A stretch of 64,000 nt of DNA, taken from IMG/VR virus record IMGVR_UViG_2926965794_000002, positions 1 through 64,000 of that record; one strand, given 5' to 3'. The translations under genes were made by a program, and so were the position numbers. Positions 58,624 to 64,000 of the stretch are shown piece by piece; position 1 is the stretch's first letter, and every line of letters starts with the position of its first letter. The notes beneath the pieces were generated by a model. It was not told the DNA's origin. It saw only the letters and a program-made list of their open reading frames with translations, and ran no database searches. Source of the DNA: a virus. Taxonomy: Duplodnaviria; Caudoviricetes.

Positions 58624-58860
58624 ATGGCAAAGACTATCGCCTATCAAGTCACAGTCCGCCGCATTGCTACCGGTTGTGACTTCCATATCCGTCTATTCTC
58701 ACAGTCCGCCGAGCATGCCAGCAACCGCGCCGTTGATCGCGCGCGCTTCGCTGAACGTATCTCACTGGCCAAATATCAGGAACTGAATGCCAAAGGCATT
58801 GCGTGCTTTCGCGTCATTTCTTGCGAAGTGTCCGCCGATCAATCGCGGCCGATTGGTTAG
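58624..58860 (+). CDS. Small hypothetical protein
   Basis: After motif copy 1. Confidence 0.65.
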   Translation: MAKTIAYQVTVRRIATGCDFHIRLFSQSAEHASNRAVDRARFAERISLAKYQELNAKGIACFRVISCEVSADQSRPIG

Positions 58861-58868
58861 GCCGCGCC

Positions 58869-59036
58869 ATGCTCGCCGCTTTCATTTCCTTTTGCATCGC
58901 CAACCCGCCCTTTGCAGGTTTTATGCTTGCAGCGATCTATACCCTTTGCTGGGCCATCCTAGCTCCCTTTCTGTATGCGCCGGCAACGCCTCGGCGCCGT
59001 TCGATCCGGCGCCGCGCGCGCCGCAACCGCCGCTAG
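58869..59036 (+). CDS. Small TM protein with Arg-rich tail
   Basis: Hydrophobic N-terminus then RRRSIRRRARRNRR. Confidence 0.45.
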   Translation: MLAAFISFCIANPPFAGFMLAAIYTLCWAILAPFLYAPATPRRRSIRRRARRNRR

Positions 59037-59047
59037 GAGCAAAGCCA

Positions 59048-59284
59048 ATGCCGATTATCGTTTGCCATGATGGGGCGATCTACCGCGCCGAGATTTGGGG
59101 ATTCCGCGGCACTTGCGCGCTAATCCATAAGGCTAGCGGCCGATATGCGGTTATCCGCGGCGCCGAGGCCGCGCGTTACCATGACGCAATCGCGGTTGCG
59201 TATCTGCGATTTGGTAGCATGCCGGGTGATACGCTCTATGCCTGGCTTTGGACCAATGCCGGCTTTCATCGTTTGGCCAGCTAG
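59048..59284 (+). CDS. Small hypothetical protein
   Basis: AGGAG RBS. Confidence 0.6.
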   Translation: MPIIVCHDGAIYRAEIWGFRGTCALIHKASGRYAVIRGAEAARYHDAIAVAYLRFGSMPGDTLYAWLWTNAGFHRLAS

Positions 59285-59339
59285 GCCGCCTTCTAAGACT
59301 GCAACCGCGCGACTGTGCGCAAATCGAGAGGCTAGACCA

Positions 59340-59420
59340 ATGAGAGAGAATTCCGATTTTATCCTGTTCTGCGCGGCGGCTTTCGTCGGAACGTTTGTCA
59401 TTTTCGCTTGCTGTATGTGA
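59340..59420 (+). CDS. 26-aa hydrophobic peptide
   Basis: After motif copy 2. Confidence 0.45.
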   Translation: MRENSDFILFCAAAFVGTFVIFACCM

Positions 59421-59430
59421 GGCGCGCGCC

Positions 59431-59670
59431 ATGGCAAAGCCTGATGATTTGACTTCCTACGCCTCGGCCGGATATGCCGCGCCGGCCTCGGCCAATCCGC
59501 ACTTGTGGAGTAGCGCAACACACATTGCGTTTCGCCTCGGCCAATGGTTGCACGAAACCGGCCGGCCGGCCCCGCGGAACGTCCGCATGTCGCGCGGCCT
59601 TTCGATCCGCGCAAACGATATGCTGATACGCTGGAACGCCAAAACCGGCGCATGCGAACGGATCAACTAA
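59431..59670 (+). CDS. Small hypothetical protein
   Basis: GAGG RBS. Confidence 0.6.
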   Translation: MAKPDDLTSYASAGYAAPASANPHLWSSATHIAFRLGQWLHETGRPAPRNVRMSRGLSIRANDMLIRWNAKTGACERIN

Positions 59671-59764
59671 CGCGATTTGCAGCCTATGCCGTGCAAGTCA
59701 CGGCATAACCGGCAAACCGCCGAAACCGCGCAATTGTGCGCAAACTTGAAAAGGACATAGGCAA

Positions 59765-59869
59765 ATGAAGTATCGCAAGCATGATTCCGACCGCCGGCCG
59801 AGCGACAAGCGGACTCGCCGCGCCGCGGTGCGCGATGGCAAGCGCGCGTTTCTGAATTCTTGCCTCTAA
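59765..59869 (+). CDS. 34-aa basic peptide
   Basis: After motif copy 3; MKYRKHDSDRR... Confidence 0.45.
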   Translation: MKYRKHDSDRRPSDKRTRRAAVRDGKRAFLNSCL

Positions 59870-59882
59870 GGGAGCTAGGGCA

Positions 59883-60179
59883 ATGCCTGCAGTCACACTA
59901 GACGGCGCCGTCTATTTCAATTGCTGTACGGATTACTCGGCGCCGGATTGGTCCGCCTTTCGTTCGCTGGAAATTGGAGGTTGCAGTGTCCGGCATGATC
60001 CGGACACGGGCGAAAGCAATGTGACCGGAAACCGCGCGCCGGACGATTCCGCCTTTTGGACTGTATACGCTCGCGAGCATGACGGTTGCGCGCTCGCGAT
60101 TACCGATTGCGGAATCCAAACGGAAACACACGCGATTGCCGAAACGCTATCCCGGCTTTCCGGCCTTCCCCTGATTTGA
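59883..60179 (+). CDS. Small hypothetical protein
   Basis: GGGAG RBS. Confidence 0.65.
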   Translation: MPAVTLDGAVYFNCCTDYSAPDWSAFRSLEIGGCSVRHDPDTGESNVTGNRAPDDSAFWTVYAREHDGCALAITDCGIQTETHAIAETLSRLSGLPLI

Positions 60180-60267
60180 CGTTGCGACACTGCGCAGCAT
60201 GTCTGCGCAGCACGGAACGCCAAAGCGGACCAACGCGCGATTGTGCGCAATCGAAAGGCTTTCGACC

Positions 60268-60672
60268 ATGAACCGCAAACCGCAATTCGCTTGGCAATGT
60301 TCCTTTATGGGGACTGTCTACTATCGCGTTACGGATCAAACCGGCAACTATGAGGTTTCCATCCGTCATTCCGTTTCCGACTATGAGCTATCGATAGCAA
60401 ATGGCGATGACGTCCGGCGCGCCATGCGGACGGGAATCGGCATGCTTGTCCGATATGCCGAGGCATTGCCGGCGGATATCGTCGCGGCCTTCAATGCCTG
60501 GCGCGCCGCTGAACATGCTGCAGCCATGGCGAAACTTGACGCCGCGCCGGAACGCTATGGCGTCATCGCGCCGGATGACGAATTGCGCAAGCCGCCAATG
60601 ATCGCCCGCGCGGCCTCCTATGATCGCGCGCTGGGATGGATTCCGGTTTGCGAACTGGAGCGCGCAGCATGA
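60268..60672 (+). CDS. Hypothetical protein
   Basis: After motif copy 4. Confidence 0.65.
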   Translation: MNRKPQFAWQCSFMGTVYYRVTDQTGNYEVSIRHSVSDYELSIANGDDVRRAMRTGIGMLVRYAEALPADIVAAFNAWRAAEHAAAMAKLDAAPERYGVIAPDDELRKPPMIARAASYDRALGWIPVCELERAA

Positions 60673-60998
60673 ACCGCGATGCATTCCGCCGCACCATTTC
60701 CGCGCTACGCGCCGAGGCGAGAGGCCGGCGCCATCATGTCGCGACATTCTGGATTGTCTGCAACGGCGTCGAATTCACGGCGCGCGCAGAACGGGCAATC
60801 GGTCCGGTTGATTTGCGGACGTCGCGTCTATCTTGCCGGCCTCGCCGAGCTCTTGCGGCCGAGGCCTTGCGTTGGGCGGCTCATTATCGGCGCGCCGCGA
60901 AACACTCGCCTATCGCCCGCGCTCGCAATCTAGAGGCCGCGCGCGAATGCATCGCCGAGGCCGCGGCCTATCATTCCGTCTTTAACCGCCTTCCGTGA
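60669..60998 (+). CDS. Arg/Ala-rich hypothetical protein
   Basis: ATGA coupling. Confidence 0.55.
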   Translation: MNRDAFRRTISALRAEARGRRHHVATFWIVCNGVEFTARAERAIGPVDLRTSRLSCRPRRALAAEALRWAAHYRRAAKHSPIARARNLEAARECIAEAAAYHSVFNRLP

Positions 60999-61011
60999 GG
61001 GATACCGCACC

Positions 61012-61350
61012 ATGAAAACAGCGCGCTTTTGGCACTATCACAAATCCGGCCTTGTTCGTATTGCGTTGCGGACTGGCCAAACATTGCACCATTCGCACGG
61101 CGCCAGAACAGACGAGGGATGGACGCGCGAGTCCAATATCTTTTCTTTCGACGGGCAAACCGTGACTAACGAATGGTGCGACGATGGCGCGGATTGCGAT
61201 GGACGCCTAACCTGCAATGGCGTTTGCAGCTGCGCGGCCGATAGGCTTTCCGCGGGTTACCATGACGTTGAAAACGGCGCGCGGTTTCCGGACTGGCAAG
61301 CCGCCGCAAGCATACAACGCGATTATTCCGCCGAGGCTGCAGGCTACTAG
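61012..61350 (+). CDS. Hypothetical protein
   Basis: GAGGG RBS; ends QRDYSAEAAGY. Confidence 0.7.
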   Translation: MKTARFWHYHKSGLVRIALRTGQTLHHSHGARTDEGWTRESNIFSFDGQTVTNEWCDDGADCDGRLTCNGVCSCAADRLSAGYHDVENGARFPDWQAAASIQRDYSAEAAGY

Positions 61351-61407
61351 GCCGGCGCCGTCGAATTCAAACGCGCGATTGTGCGCAAATCGAAAGGACA
61401 GACAGAC

Positions 61408-61599
61408 ATGGCACGATATGGCGGCGATCCGCGATGGATCATTACCAAATATCCGGCCAATGACCGGAACGGGCATTTTATCCCGGTAGGAACGCGCGCG
61501 TTCTATTATCCGGTTTCCAAACGCATGTTGACCGGCGCCGAGGCTGAACAGGCAAGCCGCGATTTTGAGGCCGCACGTTTCGACGAAAGCATGAGGTAA
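61408..61599 (+). CDS. Small hypothetical protein
   Basis: After motif copy 5. Confidence 0.65.
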   Translation: MARYGGDPRWIITKYPANDRNGHFIPVGTRAFYYPVSKRMLTGAEAEQASRDFEAARFDESMR

Positions 61600-61605
61600 A
61601 GCGCA

Positions 61606-61905
61606 ATGGATTTTGCAGCATTCCAAGCCGCCGCGGCCGAGTTGGATAGCCGCATGAAAGAGGCCGGCGCGCGCCTCGGCGCCGTGACAGAAAGCCTTGC
61701 GGCCGAGATGGGGATTCCGGCGCGCGGTCCGATGGGATTGACGCCGGACCGCATTAAGTTTGATCCGCGATACCGGCTTGCGAAGGCCGCGGCCGATATC
61801 GCCTTTGCGGAACTACGGGCATTCAATGGCCGGTATGCGCCGCGCTTCAAGAAAGAGATACGCGCCGAGATTGACGCGCGGCGCCGTGCGAAGTGCACCG
61901 CTTAA
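61606..61905 (+). CDS. Hypothetical protein
   Basis: GAGGT RBS; RGPMGLTPD. Confidence 0.7.
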   Translation: MDFAAFQAAAAELDSRMKEAGARLGAVTESLAAEMGIPARGPMGLTPDRIKFDPRYRLAKAAADIAFAELRAFNGRYAPRFKKEIRAEIDARRRAKCTA

Positions 61906-61967
61906 CCTGGCCTCGCCTTCCATCACTATTCCCGCGCGATTGTGCGCAACAGAAAGGACAATGGACC

Positions 61968-63068
61968 ATGCAACAGAGTGATATGATCGCGGCAAAGGCT
62001 GCCAAGGCAACGGAACGGCGCGCGCTGGCAATTATCGCCTATGACAACGCTAAACAGGATCCTGACGGCGCGAACTGGCAAGGGATTGCCGATTTGCTGC
62101 GCCTCTCCCTTCCCTCGGCGAAAGCCAAGGCCGCGCCGGCCGAGACTGGCGCCGACAACGGCGCGCCATGGTCGGATTATGATATCCCGGCAAGCGCGAC
62201 GAAACGTCTAGGCAAATCGCCTATCATCGTTGTGACGTTCTCTTGCGGTGCCGTGGTCTGCGCGCCGGCGGTTTCCCTTCCCGGCAAGCCGGTAAACATC
62301 GGCCGCGGCTTGCGTGTTGCCTTTGCCTTCTACCGCGCGCGGATCGCCCGGGAATTCGGCAAGGCCTCGGCCATTGGTTCGGATTGCGTGAACGTTCCGG
62401 CCATCGTTTCCGCCATCTGTGACGCTACCGGCGCCGAGTATGGCGCGGACGAATGCAACGCCAAAACCTCCGAATTCCGCCGCGGCGGTTTCGATCATGT
62501 CGCGCTTTCCGCCGAGGCCTCGGCCTTGCCGGAAAAGGCCGAGGCCGGCGAGTTGACGCGCGCCGACTTCTACCGCGGCCATTACCTCATTGCCTCGGCC
62601 GAGGCCGAGATTTTGGCCGGCGCCAATGAGGATCGCGCGGCCGAGTTGGGCGCGCAGATTAACGATTATCGCGCGCGCCTCGGCGGCTTGTCATGGCTGG
62701 AAATTGAAGCGCGGCGCCGCGCCGCAATCCGTGAGGCCAAAGCCGCGGCAAAGGCCGAGGCCGAGGCTATGGCCGAGGCCGGCCGGCGCGCCGAGCGCGA
62801 GGCCGAGGCGCACGCAGCTGCAGCCAAGGCCGAGGCCGAGGCGCCGCGGTTGCGGCTTGTCGGGGACAATTCCGCCAGCGTCGAAACCGCGGCGGCGCCA
62901 TCCCTCCCAGATACGGCCGATTCCCTCCCGGTTGCGCCCGCGCCAAAATCGGCCGCGCCTCTCCCGGTTGCGCCTTCCCGCGTCGCGCGCTTCCTGGCCT
63001 CGTCATCGCTCGGCGCGCCTCGTCATTCCCTCCCGGTTGCGCCTTTCTGCGCGATCCGCTCGGCCTAG
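61968..63068 (+). CDS. Ala-rich hypothetical protein
   Basis: After motif copy 6; LPVAP repeats. Confidence 0.65.
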   Translation: MQQSDMIAAKAAKATERRALAIIAYDNAKQDPDGANWQGIADLLRLSLPSAKAKAAPAETGADNGAPWSDYDIPASATKRLGKSPIIVVTFSCGAVVCAPAVSLPGKPVNIGRGLRVAFAFYRARIAREFGKASAIGSDCVNVPAIVSAICDATGAEYGADECNAKTSEFRRGGFDHVALSAEASALPEKAEAGELTRADFYRGHYLIASAEAEILAGANEDRAAELGAQINDYRARLGGLSWLEIEARRRAAIREAKAAAKAEAEAMAEAGRRAEREAEAHAAAAKAEAEAPRLRLVGDNSASVETAAAPSLPDTADSLPVAPAPKSAAPLPVAPSRVARFLASSSLGAPRHSLPVAPFCAIRSA

Positions 63069-63083
63069 TCGGAGTCGCCAGCA

Positions 63084-63281
63084 ATGCACGCCTATGGTTT
63101 CGATATCCAACCGGACGGGGCAAGGTTTCGCCTAGTTGACCGCGCCGAGTTCAACCATTGGGGCGAGTTATCGCCGCGGTTCGATACCGCGGCCAAGGCC
63201 GAGGAATACGCGCGCCGTTGCGACGAATTAAAGCGCGGCAAGCGCTCAACCGTCGAATTGCGCGCTTGGGAACTGACCTAG
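63084..63281 (+). CDS. Small hypothetical protein
   Basis: GGAG RBS. Confidence 0.6.
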   Translation: MHAYGFDIQPDGARFRLVDRAEFNHWGELSPRFDTAAKAEEYARRCDELKRGKRSTVELRAWELT

Positions 63282-63349
63282 GCCGCGGCGCGCCTCGGCC
63301 TCTCGAATTGACACGCGCGATTGTGCGCAAACGGAAAGGAATACAGACA

Positions 63350-63763
63350 ATGCGGAAACCGACTCCCAACAAAGAAAAGGCCGCGCAGCTGGCGCGCCAA
63401 ATCGCCAACATGACAGACGAGCAAAAGGCGCTTTGGCTGCAGCGCGCGCCGATCCTCACCGCGGACGCGCGGCCGATATCCGGCAAAAATCACATGCTGG
63501 CGGCGATGCAGTGCGAAGGCGCAACCATGCTCGGCGGCTTCAATCAATGGCTTGCCGCCGGCCGCGCGGTGCGGAAAGGCGAGTCCGCAATCTATATCTT
63601 TGCGCCGTCCGGCCGGCGCGCACCGGCCGAGGCCTCAGCGCCGCCGAGCGCGGAAGGCGCCGCGTCCGAGGCCGTGGCGGAGTCGGTGCGGTTTATCCTG
63701 GTGCCGGTTTTCGACGTTTCGCAAACCGAGGAAAAGCCGGCCGAACAAGCCGCCGCGGCATAG
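63350..63763 (+). CDS. ArdC-like N-terminal ssDNA-binding domain protein
   Basis: GFNQW...GR.VRKGE.AI.I.AP and VFDVSQT. Confidence 0.8.
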   Translation: MRKPTPNKEKAAQLARQIANMTDEQKALWLQRAPILTADARPISGKNHMLAAMQCEGATMLGGFNQWLAAGRAVRKGESAIYIFAPSGRRAPAEASAPPSAEGAASEAVAESVRFILVPVFDVSQTEEKPAEQAAAA

Positions 63764-63894
63764 TCCCGGCTACGATCGATTTTGCACCCCCGAGCTACGG
63801 CCGATTTTGCGCAACACCGCTTGACAGATTCGGCCGACACAAATTAGAGAAGCACCCCCGCGCGATTGTGCGCAAATCGAAAGGACAGAAACAC

Positions 63895-64000
63895 ATGCAG
63901 CATTCCGCCACCTATTCGCCCGATGATAACAAGCTGCGCCTTTATCCGGCGCACCGCCTGGACGCCGAGGAGTACGCGCGCGTGAAGGCCGCCGGCTTCA
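63895..64000 (+). CDS. DUF3560-like protein, 5' part (truncated by window)
   Basis: ATYSPDDNKLRLY...RLD.EEY.RVKAAGF. Confidence 0.65.
   Translation, partial: MQHSATYSPDDNKLRLYPAHRLDAEEYARVKAAGF

Larger units (their letters stand above)
58588..63884 (+). repeat. Eight dispersed copies of a ~27-bp start-associated motif, CGCGCGATTGTGCGCAA-N3-6-AAGG
   Basis: Copies at about 58588, 59303, 59724, 60232, 61370, 61932, 63313 and 63858, each 8-10 nt before an ATG. Confidence 0.93.

Noticed and set aside
58588-63884. CRISPR array interpretation of the repeated motif
   Set aside because: Spacing is about 400-1400 bp with whole ORFs between copies; no cas genes seen

Overview
The window is most of a temperate siphovirus-type prophage from a GC-rich alphaproteobacterium, probably Bradyrhizobium/Rhizobiales-like. 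That host call is inferred from the SRAP/LigD cassette and a tRNA-His with A73 and no G-1. 1.2-14.9 kb: an array of about 36 tRNA genes, all on the - strand and covering all 20 amino acids, several with atypical structure. Small + strand ORFs are wedged between the tRNAs and often stop exactly at a tRNA CCA end. The array also holds two HNH genes, an IS5-disrupted AIPR gene, an AbiJ-like gene and a candidate structured ncRNA, and an HD-domain alarmone hydrolase gene lies just beyond its 3' end. 16.5-19.8 kb: SRAP plus ATP-dependent ligase cassette. 21-25.7 kb: lysis module, including a fatty-acid hydroxylase and an HNH. 25.8-29.4 kb: antisense membrane-protein moron (HTTM-like, DCC1, acyltransferase-3). 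29.5-57.6 kb: tail, head and packaging genes on the - strand, with two tandem HK97-fold capsid genes. 58.1-64 kb: a divergent cluster of small ORFs (including ArdC-like and DUF3560-like) punctuated by 8 copies of a start-associated hairpin motif, with a distinct oligonucleotide signature. No integrase, CRISPR array or reverse transcriptase was seen. All calls are by eye, with no searches run.
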